A DNA stretch of 63,597 bases, filler included, from Halocafeteria seosinensis (Eukaryota), in assembly GCA_001687465.1 (NCBI GenBank). It is 9 parts of 9 records of this genome, joined end to end, with 100 filler letters (N's around TTAATTAATTAA, not from the genome) between each part and the next. Parts side by side here need not be neighbours in the genome. Positions count along the whole stretch, not along the records: positions 45,305 to 60,358 come from LVLI01000060.1; 8 more parts are not named here. The stretch is one strand, 5' to 3'. Below, piece after piece: positions 48,421 to 59,119 of this stretch. A program made the translations under genes and the position numbers. A model generated the notes under the pieces. The model saw only the letters and a program-made list of their open reading frames with translations, had not been told where the DNA came from and made no database searches. The number at the start of each line of letters is the position of its first letter. Within the stretch, counting starts at the first letter, position 1.

Positions 48421-49039
48421 AGTGTCTGATTTGACTACGGCGGCGAACTCGCGAAACTTGTTGATCTCTTCGACGTCACACTACGAGCGTTTCTGGTGGT
48501 CACTGGTGAGATAAAGTGCCTAGATTGGCTACGGCGGAGAACTCGCGAAGCCTTTCGGCCGATGAAAGCAAAGAGGCGGACGTCATACTACGAACATTAG
48601 AGGTTGTTTTTGTGGTTATTGTTGAGATATGATATTTACGAGAAGTGGCACAGGATTTCGTCGGATGCAAAAGCGAAATGAATTAAAGCCAGTAGGGAGC
48701 AGTTAGAGAATTTACAAATAAATACAAGCAACCCCGTTGTATCACCACCGTCAGAACCTCTCTTGGTCGTGCAGCCCGTTGGATTGTCGTCTGCTATACA
48801 CACATCATCACGACGTCCAATGCTTCAGTTTTCACATGTGGAGGGTGGTATTTCATACCATGCACATGCCCACTTCCATATACTGTGAAGTTGTAATCAA
48901 CATGTAAACAGCTTGTGCTGCTCATATTTAGGTTATGTCTGCCCCAATACGACTAGTGTATGGGAGTAACCATTGGCTCCAATGACAAAAAAACATATGG
49001 CTGCCGCTTCTTAGAAAACGCTCTTTGGACCTCAGGCCC

Positions 49040-51271
49040 AAAGCAAACTTCCGCACAACTTATAGTTGCCCGAATTCCCGGCGCAAAATACAACCAACCT
49101 TGGCTAATTTGATATGGCGTTCATATTGTGCAGCTTCGAAACCGCATCGGCACTGCGTTTCCAAAGGTAATTCTCACAGTAGGCTTTGCCGCAAACGCCG
49201 TCTAACGCTATTTTCCGCGTGGTGGTTAGCATCTCTTGAAGGTTTCTGTCCCAACCTCTTTTCTGGTTCCCGTGTGCGCACATTCAGGCAATCTATACAG
49301 CCACTCTTGTAGTACTGTCTAAAGTAGTACTGTATAACGCACAAGCGAGTAGGGAGTCTTCTTTATCCGTACCAAGGCTTTGAGTTACAGTACAGGCAAG
49401 ACAGCAGGTACAGCGTTGTGCAGTAAGTTTAGGCCACTGTGAACCACTCACGAACAGAGAAACAGACTTCCACGTGATGAGAGGAAATGAAAAAGGCGAT
49501 ATCATACACACGAAGGGGGGCCAGATTTACAGTGCTCCAACTATCGATAGAGCGGGGTTCTTTAAGCGATCACCACCATGGTCCCCCTTCAAAGCACTGT
49601 GCGTACCACTGGTACTCCTCGGTACAACAGTCATGCAGGCCATGCTTGTATGGGTAACATCGGCCCCTTTAGACTTACGAGGGAATATCACACGGGCGGA
49701 GGAATCTTGCTTTCGATATTTCCCCCGGACTAAGTCGTTCCAAATGGACTGCTGCTTGCTGGAATGGATCAAGCAGGGATACAGTTCTGGGACTCACATT
49801 TCTCTCGCTGCGAATGAGACATTTGACGGTGGAGGAAATGTAATCGATTTGAATGGGACTGAAGGCTTCCGAGGGTTGTTTAAAGTTATGGATCATAACA
49901 TTGGAAGCTTAAGTGAAGCTCCCGTTATTCGGAATGTTCACCTCCAGAATGGAGAAACTGCTTCAGCTGGTGGATTTATTGTTCAGACGAACCAAAGATT
50001 TTTTATAATTGACACCTGTAGTTCAACTGGAAATATCAAACAATTAGCTGGTGGTATATGTGGTTCGCGATGCGGCCGTGATCACGGCGAAATAAGAATA
50101 ATGAATTCGTATTCCACAGGAGTGGTGCGGGGTACTAATGCAGGCGGTATTGTTGGGAAGAGAGTAGGATTTTTTGGTGGAATGGTTAACATTACGCGTT
50201 GCCATTCCACGGGTACTATCGAGGGAATTGGAACGGGCGGTATTAGTGGAGACCAGACCGGTATGGAGCCTCAGAATCCCGGAGTCGGTAAAGTGGTTAT
50301 CACGCAATCTTACTCGACAGGAGACATAGTCGGCAGGGCAAGTGGTGGGATCGCTGGAGACGACACAGCACAGGGTAGAGCTGAAGTTCACATTTTAGAC
50401 TGTTATACTAAAGGAAATATTAGTGGAAACAGCGCTGGAGGTATTACGGGGGCAGACACGCTGGGGTGTTGCGCGTCCGCGAGTGCCCATAAGGGGGACG
50501 TATTCATAGAGCGTACTTATGCCTCCGGCTTTATCAAGCATCCAACGGCAGGTGGTATCGTAGGACATATATTTGGAGGTGCAACTGGTGATGTGTATGT
50601 GGACTACTCGGTACACAATGGAAAACTTGTGGGGCATGGCAAAGAGAGGCGGGTGACACCGAGAGGAAATTCCGCAGATTTGAATGACATCAGGGGTCAA
50701 TTGTATCATCGCGGTGGAATTCAGCAATGGAATAACGAAACGTGGAGTCTCAATGGAAGTGAAAACTTGCCCATTTTACGATTCCAGATTTCCCGTCTGC
50801 CCCTAAGGAGCACACGCTGCCGCTCACCGGTGCCGCTGGCTCCCCTTCGGAAAACGCTCCCCGTACAACGTCCCTCGAGGCTCACTTCCCAGTCTGGCAA
50901 ACGTTGATACCGGTATTGCCGGCGCAAGCGGCAGTGCCTTTTCCATCTACAGCTATACTGTACTCAGAGTACGTAGAGTATCAATAGTCACCATGTCGGC
51001 CGCCCCTCTATTACCGGTACTGACTTATCTACGTCATGTGGACGGCAGCTGGCAAATGGCTGAGGCACTCGAGCATGATAGTAGTTTATGTTGACTACCA
51101 ACGTCCAACGCAAAGCAAACTTCCGCACAAATTGCAGTTGCCCGAATTCCTACCTACAAAGTAGCGCAAAATACAACCAAACTCGGGTAATTTGATATGA
51201 CGTTCATACATATCGTGCAGCTTCGAAGCCGCATCGGCACTGCGTTTCCAAAGGTAATTCTCACAGTAGGC
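49040..51271 (+). repeat. ~150-bp imperfect direct repeats (49040-49184 and 51111-51271) flanking the GLUG-like gene
   Basis: CAAAGCAAACTTCCGCACAA...GTGCAGCTTCGAA.CCGCATCGGCACTGCGTTTCCAAAGGTAATTCTCACAGTAGGC at both sites. Confidence 0.9.
49474..50907 (+). CDS. Secreted GLUG-like repeat protein
   Basis: Hydrophobic segment, LDLRGNI..ESCFRYFP, THISLAANETFDG, GGIxG repeats, LPILRFQ, RKTLPVQRP; intronless. Confidence 0.82.
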   Translation: MMRGNEKGDIIHTKGGQIYSAPTIDRAGFFKRSPPWSPFKALCVPLVLLGTTVMQAMLVWVTSAPLDLRGNITRAEESCFRYFPRTKSFQMDCCLLEWIKQGYSSGTHISLAANETFDGGGNVIDLNGTEGFRGLFKVMDHNIGSLSEAPVIRNVHLQNGETASAGGFIVQTNQRFFIIDTCSSTGNIKQLAGGICGSRCGRDHGEIRIMNSYSTGVVRGTNAGGIVGKRVGFFGGMVNITRCHSTGTIEGIGTGGISGDQTGMEPQNPGVGKVVITQSYSTGDIVGRASGGIAGDDTAQGRAEVHILDCYTKGNISGNSAGGITGADTLGCCASASAHKGDVFIERTYASGFIKHPTAGGIVGHIFGGATGDVYVDYSVHNGKLVGHGKERRVTPRGNSADLNDIRGQLYHRGGIQQWNNETWSLNGSENLPILRFQISRLPLRSTRCRSPVPLAPLRKTLPVQRPSRLTSQSGKR

Positions 51272-51485
51272 GAGATTGTAGACAATTTGTAGTCCAACTT
51301 GCTTTCGATGAAGTTGACTTCAATCATCGTTACCTAGACTGCAGTACCAGTCACTGCTGGGGATTGTTTGACGATTCTTCCTTTTCCTTTGCCCGGGCCG
51401 AGAAGAAAAGGAATTCTAGTGTGCTTGTTTCCTCCTTATAATTCCTCTTCCTTACATATGGGTGGCATTAGGTAGATAAAGAGCC

Positions 51486-51890
51486 ATGGCATTCACATTA
51501 TGGACATTATTTAAAGCTGCCTTACTCTGTGGGAATGCGTTCGCCGTCCTCAACACCAAGCGCGTATTAGAGCCCTGTACGTATACTTTTCTGCTTCGTA
51601 TACCTACCTATCATATCATTCTTGTACTAACTGTAGTGTACAGATGGACTAGCACCGAGCTCAGCTGCGCTCCAAAATGACGGCAATGGAGGCGCGATGG
51701 CCAATCAGCCTGTCCGACAGCAACTAGCCGGGGTTATTTATGCAGCACAATATGCACGGTGTAAGCACTTTTTTTTACACATAATTATACCATGACCATG
51801 CTCATTATGGTGTGTATCTGTGTACATGGTACAGGGCCATTAGTGGTATTGAATGGGTTAACAATTGTCATTGAGGTCTTATTCGGTTAG
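51486..51890 (+). CDS. YOS1: Yos1/IER3IP1 ER-Golgi transport protein (exons 51486-51576, 51644-51760, 51835-51890)
   Basis: MAFTLWTLFKAALLCGNAFAVLNTKRVL...QYARWPLVVLNGLTIVIEVLFG*; two in-frame GT-AG introns. Confidence 0.9.
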
Positions 51891-51943
51891 TTTTTAATGG
51901 GGGCCCGGTAGACCACGGAACGCGTATATTTTTTTATTTTTTT

Positions 51944-54900
51944 TTAAACATCGTCGTAAGGATCGGTATGATACCCGTAATGGTACAAGGAATCACGTGC
52001 ATCCAATACACGAGCCAATTGTTGCGTAGCTACCTCCATATTAGCCGTTGCTGGCTCATCTTCCTTCTCCTCCTCCTCCTCGTTGGCGCTCTGGGAGGCC
52101 ATGAACTCGGTGATGGATCCTCGAACCTCATTTTCCTCTGTTTGAGATAGCACCAATTGAGATAAGAGAGGGAATTGACCCCGGGGAAAGAGCTCGCGGC
52201 TCCGACGTCCCCGAGCCAATTCCTGGGCGTCGTACGGACCACTGTGGAACTTCATGGGCGAGCATTGCCACTCTGGAATGTACTCGGTTACAGGACGGAC
52301 GTTGGACCAGTCCTCTGCGCAATCATGCAGAAGCTCCTCGGGCACAAACACTCCTATGCGAAGCGCACATTCAACGGCTATACGGAAGGAGCTCATCCCT
52401 AAACCAGCACGCATATTGGAGACGAGTTTACGTGACGCTTCCTTCAAGCAGGCTTGTTGTTTCACGTCGTAGTAGAATGCTGCACAATCTTGATATGACT
52501 TCTCTGGTAGATAAGATGCTATACACTCAAAATCCTTTGAATACATCAAAAACTTTTCAAAGAAAATGAGCTTTTCGACATCTCTCCATAGAGGCGTACC
52601 TCTGGCTCCTCTCGAAGTGTACAATCCATCCATTGAGATAGCACTATTTCTGTTGATATGGTACGTGGCTGAAAGCTCCTCACAGGTGAATAGTGGTCCT
52701 GCTTCATACTTCGCATCACCATGTTGCTGCTCGCCCTTTCCTGTTTGATAGCTCAGGTCCCCCTCGGCAAATTTCCGCAGGATCTCCCTAGGAGCCGATG
52801 TCGGCTTCAGATCATTGTCACTGGGTGATCGGGCCCTCCTTACCAAAGGTACGCTTCGACCGAGTGCTAACACGTCATGCTCCATATGAGGTATTATCGC
52901 CGTGCCGTTTAATGCCTCAGTTTCACGAGAGGCCAAAGTACTTAAAGCAAAACTCCAATCACTGTCTGAATATGAACGCATTATCCCAGCATTCCAGAAT
53001 CGGGAAGAAGACCCTTGCGCCGTAGCCGATGTTGGGCTTTGAGATGGACTACCCAGTGGACTCATACCAGGATTTGAGTTGTCAAGATCGGCTGGCCAGA
53101 GCCGTTCCATAAATTTACGTGTCGGTTTTTCCCAGCTAGTGCTCATGGCACAAGGCGTCCCTGTCGAACACCCCATTAAACGATCTATGGATAAATGGCT
53201 CTCGGAAGACCTGGTATTCGCTTCCAGAAAAGGAAATATGGACCCCAATCGGCTACATTGACGAGCCCTATAACGCATCCTTGCCCTGTTTCTCGAGTGA
53301 TGATCATAACCTACGCATTCTTCATCCAAGTCAATTCGGTTTCTTCCACTTTCCTCCCCTGAGTCCATTAACGCAGTGCCCTGATAAGTTAGCATCAAAC
53401 GCAAGTCAGAAGCATCTTGAGGAAACCTTGCTGACGATCCTTCAACAGAGATGTTATGCTCGTATGTGTTCCCGTGATATAGAGACTGAAGGCTATCCAT
53501 ATCTACTGACAATTCTTCTACTTCTGTGGGCGGATTTGATTGATTCGAAGAGTCCCGCCCTAGCGACTTTTTCTGCCGTTTAGAAGAGGCGGCGATGGCC
53601 TGCGACGCCATCGCAGAAGCAGTTCTCGTCGGACGCTGATTTCCATCCGAAATACTCCTAGACAAGAATGGTATTTCGGAAAACGATGCATCACCGGTCC
53701 TTAGCATAAAACTAGCCCCATCTCCACCGCTATCCACATCCTTCCCGTCTAGCATATCGATCGCCCTTTCTATAGACTCTTGTGCGGGCCGTCGACGTTG
53801 CTGACATTGCAAGTACGAGCGGCGGGNAACCTTTTGTGCGCAGGTAGCCGCTATGTGATATGTTTTCCTGCGCTCATATCGTGCTTGTAGCACGCGCTTA
53901 ACTCCGGCCCGGTTCATTAACGAGACTCTTGACACAGTCGAGTTACTCAGTACGTCTCTAAGGCGGAAGCTGGACATCTTCTGCGAAAATCCATGCATGT
54001 TGCAGTGCCAATCAGCGAGATACGCTTCGCAAAAAACTGGAACATTGTAGTGTTTGAGTCTCTTGTCCATAGCAGCCAGCTCCTTCGGAAGCTTTACAAG
54101 CATACTGCCAACAAGTGCATTAGCCAAGAGATCATGTGACGAGGTTGCGCCCGTCTGCCAATCCTTCTTCTTCTCCCTGCAGTTACCCAGCATAACGACT
54201 CCTAAACTATATCGATAAGAAGGCAAAATGTGCTGTAAATCAGCTCGCGCAAAGATACTCGCTAATACAGATCTTGCCTTGGACTCCTGAGTCACGGCTG
54301 CCCAGCGAGTGCCAAAATCAACCGGCGGAAACTCAGAGCACTCAAAGTTCTTCCACGCACTGCCTCTCAAATAAGATAATACATCAGCCTTTCGAGGAGT
54401 CGAACTTGATTGAATAAAGGGTTTATACCGTTCCAAAATCCTCCCTTTAGCTGAGAGTAGCCAAGAAAGCGAACTCTTGCATTTCCCTCTGCTTGCGCTA
54501 ACTTGTTGTTTGCGTAGGGCTTTGCTCTTTCTGATCCCTTCGAATGCATTCAATACAGAACTAAGGCGGACCGAGTCATACATGACATCAGCTACATCTT
54601 TCTCTACTTCTTGTTGTTCCTCGTCCTCAATTCCTGTCGTATGCTCATTTGACGCGGTGAAGACAGCGTTCTCCTCTCTCTCCATCGTCTCGAGTTCAGA
54701 AGTTTCTGCTGGAGACGATTCCAAGCGCTGCTGCGTATTTAACAATGAAGTATCCACTTCAGAACTCTGAATTTTGCGGTCATCCTCTTTTTCTTCTTCT
54801 TCTTCAACGTAAGCGTTGACCGAAACGTTGTGTTCTGTGCGACATGGGCCAGTGGCGTCCGGAAGCTCCTCTTCATCCTTAACTTCGGTATCTTCATTCT

Positions 54901-57900
54901 GAGTATCCGAGAAAGTAGGCGACTCATCTTCCAGAGTACGCTGTCGCTTCTTCTTCTTCTTCTTTGAGACAGCATCCGATAGGGCCGTTTTAGAAACCTT
55001 CCTGGCCTTGCCCTGTGGCAGCATTCGGGGCCGCTTCCGAGGGAGATGCACATCATCCTTCTCATCTCCCTCCGATGTGTCATCTTGACCCCGCTCTGGT
55101 GGTGGAAACTCGCTCTTGCTTCGCTCAGAGTACTTTCCATATTGTTTGTTATCCTTACCACGATGAAATGAAGTTTCACTCTCCTGGTCACCTTCCCGAG
55201 CTGGCTTTTGATTCATGTTTCTATATTCTTTTTTCAAAGGAATCATCAGCCCAATCCCACCCGAAGAATGTTCGCTTTGATCCTTCTCTGGCCTCCGTTC
55301 GACAACCTGTTTACGACTATTGGCTTCAGAATACCCTTTTTTCAAAGGTATAAACGGCATAGCAGGGGCACTCCCATCTTGGTTATCGCTGGCAATACGT
55401 GACTTCTTAGTCGGGCGCTCAAGCGACGGCGTGTGCGCATTGTCCTCTCCTGTATACTCTTTTCTTACCGAGCCATGCGCTCTGCGGCGAGAACCTGCCT
55501 CCTGCTGATTCTCGGAGAACTCTCTTTTGAGTGGAACGAACGAAGCCGGGGTCTTCACATCCGTAGAATGACCACCCTTATACGTTTCATCTCCCGATCG
55601 ACCTTCGCTGACTCGTTCTTCAAAGGCAGCCGGGCCGGTAGAGCGGTCACCAGGTTCTCCGATTTGTCCCTCAGTTTTCTGCGGGAAATAATTTACCCTA
55701 ACTTCAGTTAGACTGGCTTTGCTGCTTGCAGATCTATTCCCATCACAGGCATTTGTCGGCTCCAACCTTTCGTATGGACGATATTGCTCTTCGTCTCTGG
55801 ACCGCGACTCTTCCCTTGAGCAATCTCTTCTATCCTGGTGGTTCGTTTCCTTGGAATCTTGAGCCGTCTGTCGCGAGCGCTCAGTGCGTTGCCGGCTCTC
55901 AAGAGAACGACGTGTGTCTGTTTTGTGCGTATGACGGCGAGGCGACACATATCTGGAACCGTCATCCATCGCTTCGTCGGAACCCATCTTCCGTCGAGAA
56001 TGTGCATGGTCAAACCGGGTCGTATCAGTTACCTTACTCTCGTCATTTCCAATTTCCTCAGCGGTGGCCCTTCTTTCACGAGTGCTTTTCCGAAAAACTT
56101 CAATATTTGGTCCTTGCTCGACGTAAGACTTTGATACGGAACTAACACTCTCTTGAGAGTGCTCTAGTGGTATGGCCCTTTGAAGGTGTTCGCTTTCGTT
56201 GAAGGACCGCCTTGAAGGGGACTTCCTTTCCCTACTACGACTATAATCGCGAGAATGATCAAGCTCCCGTGATCGTTGATGCCTTTCGTCATTTTCGTTA
56301 CGCCCAGATCGTTCACGCACCTGGGACTGGCGCATCCTTTCTTCGCCTTCGCTCGCTGTTGTCCTTTCCTCTCGTTTACCACCACGAGAGTGATCACGAT
56401 GCCGTGATAGTCGAGCACGATAATCATCCCCTCTTGAGGAGCGGTCCCTATTTCTTGAGGAACTTGGCGACCGTCTCCTTTCAACGCTTCGAGTTTTCTC
56501 CCGAGAACGTCGGTGGTCCGAGGACCTTCGACTACCTTCATGATCATTTCTCATTGATTGGTTTCTCTCTCTCGAAGACACAGAGGAACTGGGCGTTGTA
56601 TTGGACCGTAGGCCGGTTGAGGTATCACTGGTACCCGCAGGTCCCGGTAAACCACCAAGAGATGTGTAAAGAACCCTACCTCGGTCTATAACACGCGCAC
56701 CGTTGGGGAGATAAGAATAATCCTTAGTAGTGCTTCCAGTAGACACTGATCGGTGCGAGGTCCCCTCCAGCTTAGAGGAGCGATACGAGCCGTCAGGCAT
56801 TTTCTCAAACTTGTAGAGCTCCCTGGACGCAGGGGTGGAATTTAGAGAGGTACTGTGATGCGGAACTTCCTCCGCCTGTGCAACACTCGATTGCTGTTGT
56901 GAATGTACTGAGCTGCTTTCTCTCGATGTACTGGACATGCTTGCAACATATTCGACGCGCTTGATGAACGCTCCATAGGAAACGCCAGTGTCCCGAGGAG
57001 TGGAAGTGCTTTCCGTCGCTTGCGGTATCCATGTTCCATTGGAGCTAGCACTGCGCCGTTCCGGAGAGGAACAACGCACAGACGAGACCCTCCGCTCAGG
57101 ACTGTTACGTCGTTCTGACAAACCTCTCTCAGCTCTCGCTCGTCTGTGAGATGAAGCTCTCTCATCTCGTCGTGTCAAGCCTTCTTCCCTCCTTCCACCG
57201 ATAGACCGTTCTCTTCCATCATTTCTGTCTCGCTGGTGTCTTTCAGTAACAGGGCCGTCATATTGTACACGTTCACGACCATCTCTATCACTGCGGCGTT
57301 CAGCGTCCTTCGGTAATCGACTTCGAACTCGTTCCCAAGACCCTTTTTCTTCCCCCTGTCGATAGATAGCAGACGTAGATTGCGCATTCAGAGAACGATA
57401 TCCTCGATCATTTCCATCTCTACGCCTTGAATCATTAGACATTGAGCCACTTCTTCTGGCTGGTAATCCTGAGTCACGGTCGTTTCCATTGGTAGGGGGG
57501 TCCTCTCGTCCACGTCGCTGTTTGTCCGGACTTCCGCTTCTACCCCTTCGATCCCGAACGGACAGTGGGTCGTCGGGTCTGCGCCGCTGTCGCGTCGGAC
57601 TTTGACCTCTCGCCGTTCCGTCTCGCAATGAAGACGCTTCACGTCTCCCAAAGCGATTGGTTCTTTCGTCGGACGGGGAATCGTGACGTCTGCGGTGCTG
57701 TCCTTTAGGGCTTCGACTTCTACTTCTTGCCGTTCTCCGACCCGATGCGTCTTCCCGTAGAGGAACTCCTCCCTCATCCCTCCCACGTTTATTAGTAGGA
57801 GAGCTACCCCGTCTGCGACGGTCTCCTTCCGATATCCCGCCCCTTGTTGCAGTCCTGCTCAATTCTTCAACCCTGCCGTCTCGATTGGCAGGAAAATCAT

Positions 57901-59119
57901 CCCGTCTGCGGCGCTCTCCTCCCGGACTTTCGTCCCTTGTTGCAGTCCTGCTCGACTCTTCAACCCTGCCGCGTCGATCGGCGGAAGAATCATCCAGTCT
58001 GCGGTATTCTATTTTAGGACTTTGAGCGCTTGAGGCTATCCTGTTCGAGAACTCCTCTCTCCCGTTTCGGTTGCAAGCGGAGTCTTTCCGCCCGCGACTT
58101 TCTCCCCTAGGACTCCGATCTATTGCCCCCCTCCTGCTCGAGTCCCCATCTTTCTCATTTCGATTGGTTAGGAAGTCATCTCGTCTGCGGGGTTCTCCCT
58201 TTGGACCCCAATCTCTTGCCCCTCTCCTGCTCGAATCTTCATCCCTCCCATCTCGATCAGCACCATATTCATCCCCTCTGCCTCGTTCTCTTTTCGGGCT
58301 CCGACTCCTTGGAATTATCCTTCTAGATATCCCTTCCTGTACCGGAGGAGCTTCTCCTTCGTTTCTCCTATTGCGAACAGCCGAAACCTCATTCCCTCTA
58401 CGTCTTGCACCATCAGGACTGCGAGTTCTTGTTGATCGCTCCTCTCTCGGGGAAGAAACTTCTCCCTCATCCCATCCGTTTCGATCGACTGGAGAGTCAA
58501 TCCGTCTGCGGCGCTCCCCTCTTGGGCTTCGACTCCTCGTCGGTATCCTTCTAGATCCCTCTTCTCGTGGGGGAGAAACCTCGCCTTCATCCCGCTCATT
58601 TCGGTTGACCGGGGAGCATTCCCGCCTGCGGCGCTGGCTTTTCGGACTTCGACTGCTTCCCGTTACTCGCCCATATCCCTTCCTACTAGAGCTGTAAAGA
58701 CTTCCTCGATATTGCGAACCAACAGCGGGTCGCTCTGCCCCCAACTTCTTGTCGTTAGACTGGCCCCATCGACTTCGATAGTCCGGAATTGCAGCTTCCT
58801 CTTCCTCCACTGCTTCTCCTTCTTCCCTCTCATCGTCGTCACCGTGTGCAGGATCCATTGTAAAAGTTCCTGAGGGTCCTCCCTTGGGCGCTCTGTCTCC
58901 ATGAGAGCTCTGAGAGGGGTTAAATGAGCTAGTGTGGGTGCTGTTGGCTGGGCAAGAATTGAAGTCAGGTCGTCCAGAAGAAGCCACAGAGGCATTTATG
59001 GAGTCCAAATCCCGGGCACTATCCTTCGAAGGACCCCATTTCGACTTGTTCGCCTTCATGTTGCGCTGTAGATTTCCCGTAAACACCACTAATGCGTCGT
59101 CTCGTTCGCGGCACGACAA
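51944..59119 (-). CDS. Large Arg/Ser/Asp-rich protein with C-terminal SANT domain (NCoR/Snt1-like)
   Basis: 2391-aa ORF; WRDVEKLIFFEKFLMYSKDFECIASYLPEKSYQDCAAFYYDVK; KKKKKKR NLS-like stretch. Confidence 0.8.
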   Translation of the reverse strand: MSCRERDDALVVFTGNLQRNMKANKSKWGPSKDSARDLDSINASVASSGRPDFNSCPANSTHTSSFNPSQSSHGDRAPKGGPSGTFTMDPAHGDDDEREEGEAVEEEEAAIPDYRSRWGQSNDKKLGAERPAVGSQYRGSLYSSSRKGYGRVTGSSRSPKSQRRRRECSPVNRNERDEGEVSPPREEGSRRIPTRSRSPRGERRRRIDSPVDRNGWDEGEVSSPREERSTRTRSPDGARRRGNEVSAVRNRRNEGEAPPVQEGISRRIIPRSRSPKRERGRGDEYGADRDGRDEDSSRRGARDWGPKGEPRRRDDFLTNRNEKDGDSSRRGAIDRSPRGESRGRKDSACNRNGREEFSNRIASSAQSPKIEYRRLDDSSADRRGRVEESSRTATRDESPGGERRRRDDFPANRDGRVEELSRTATRGGISEGDRRRRGSSPTNKRGRDEGGVPLREDASGRRTARSRSRSPKGQHRRRHDSPSDERTNRFGRREASSLRDGTARGQSPTRQRRRPDDPLSVRDRRGRSGSPDKQRRGREDPPTNGNDRDSGLPARRSGSMSNDSRRRDGNDRGYRSLNAQSTSAIYRQGEEKGSWERVRSRLPKDAERRSDRDGRERVQYDGPVTERHQRDRNDGRERSIGGRREEGLTRRDERASSHRRARAERGLSERRNSPERRVSSVRCSSPERRSASSNGTWIPQATESTSTPRDTGVSYGAFIKRVEYVASMSSTSRESSSVHSQQQSSVAQAEEVPHHSTSLNSTPASRELYKFEKMPDGSYRSSKLEGTSHRSVSTGSTTKDYSYLPNGARVIDRGRVLYTSLGGLPGPAGTSDTSTGLRSNTTPSSSVSSRERNQSMRNDHEGSRRSSDHRRSREKTRSVERRRSPSSSRNRDRSSRGDDYRARLSRHRDHSRGGKREERTTASEGEERMRQSQVRERSGRNENDERHQRSRELDHSRDYSRSRERKSPSRRSFNESEHLQRAIPLEHSQESVSSVSKSYVEQGPNIEVFRKSTRERRATAEEIGNDESKVTDTTRFDHAHSRRKMGSDEAMDDGSRYVSPRRHTHKTDTRRSLESRQRTERSRQTAQDSKETNHQDRRDCSREESRSRDEEQYRPYERLEPTNACDGNRSASSKASLTEVRVNYFPQKTEGQIGEPGDRSTGPAAFEERVSEGRSGDETYKGGHSTDVKTPASFVPLKREFSENQQEAGSRRRAHGSVRKEYTGEDNAHTPSLERPTKKSRIASDNQDGSAPAMPFIPLKKGYSEANSRKQVVERRPEKDQSEHSSGGIGLMIPLKKEYRNMNQKPAREGDQESETSFHRGKDNKQYGKYSERSKSEFPPPERGQDDTSEGDEKDDVHLPRKRPRMLPQGKARKVSKTALSDAVSKKKKKKRQRTLEDESPTFSDTQNEDTEVKDEEELPDATGPCRTEHNVSVNAYVEEEEEKEDDRKIQSSEVDTSLLNTQQRLESSPAETSELETMEREENAVFTASNEHTTGIEDEEQQEVEKDVADVMYDSVRLSSVLNAFEGIRKSKALRKQQVSASRGKCKSSLSWLLSAKGRILERYKPFIQSSSTPRKADVLSYLRGSAWKNFECSEFPPVDFGTRWAAVTQESKARSVLASIFARADLQHILPSYRYSLGVVMLGNCREKKKDWQTGATSSHDLLANALVGSMLVKLPKELAAMDKRLKHYNVPVFCEAYLADWHCNMHGFSQKMSSFRLRDVLSNSTVSRVSLMNRAGVKRVLQARYERRKTYHIAATCAQKVXRRSYLQCQQRRRPAQESIERAIDMLDGKDVDSGGDGASFMLRTGDASFSEIPFLSRSISDGNQRPTRTASAMASQAIAASSKRQKKSLGRDSSNQSNPPTEVEELSVDMDSLQSLYHGNTYEHNISVEGSSARFPQDASDLRLMLTYQGTALMDSGEESGRNRIDLDEECVGYDHHSRNRARMRYRARQCSRLGSIFPFLEANTRSSESHLSIDRLMGCSTGTPCAMSTSWEKPTRKFMERLWPADLDNSNPGMSPLGSPSQSPTSATAQGSSSRFWNAGIMRSYSDSDWSFALSTLASRETEALNGTAIIPHMEHDVLALGRSVPLVRRARSPSDNDLKPTSAPREILRKFAEGDLSYQTGKGEQQHGDAKYEAGPLFTCEELSATYHINRNSAISMDGLYTSRGARGTPLWRDVEKLIFFEKFLMYSKDFECIASYLPEKSYQDCAAFYYDVKQQACLKEASRKLVSNMRAGLGMSSFRIAVECALRIGVFVPEELLHDCAEDWSNVRPVTEYIPEWQCSPMKFHSGPYDAQELARGRRSRELFPRGQFPLLSQLVLSQTEENEVRGSITEFMASQSANEEEEEKEDEPATANMEVATQQLARVLDARDSLYHYGYHTDPYDDV

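Noticed and set aside
48430..48630. Degenerate ~100-bp tandem duplication
   Set aside because: Real but old; no evidence of function.
51968..58995. Many short ORFs overlapping the 2391-aa gene
   Set aside because: Alternate-frame or antisense shadows of low-complexity coding sequence.
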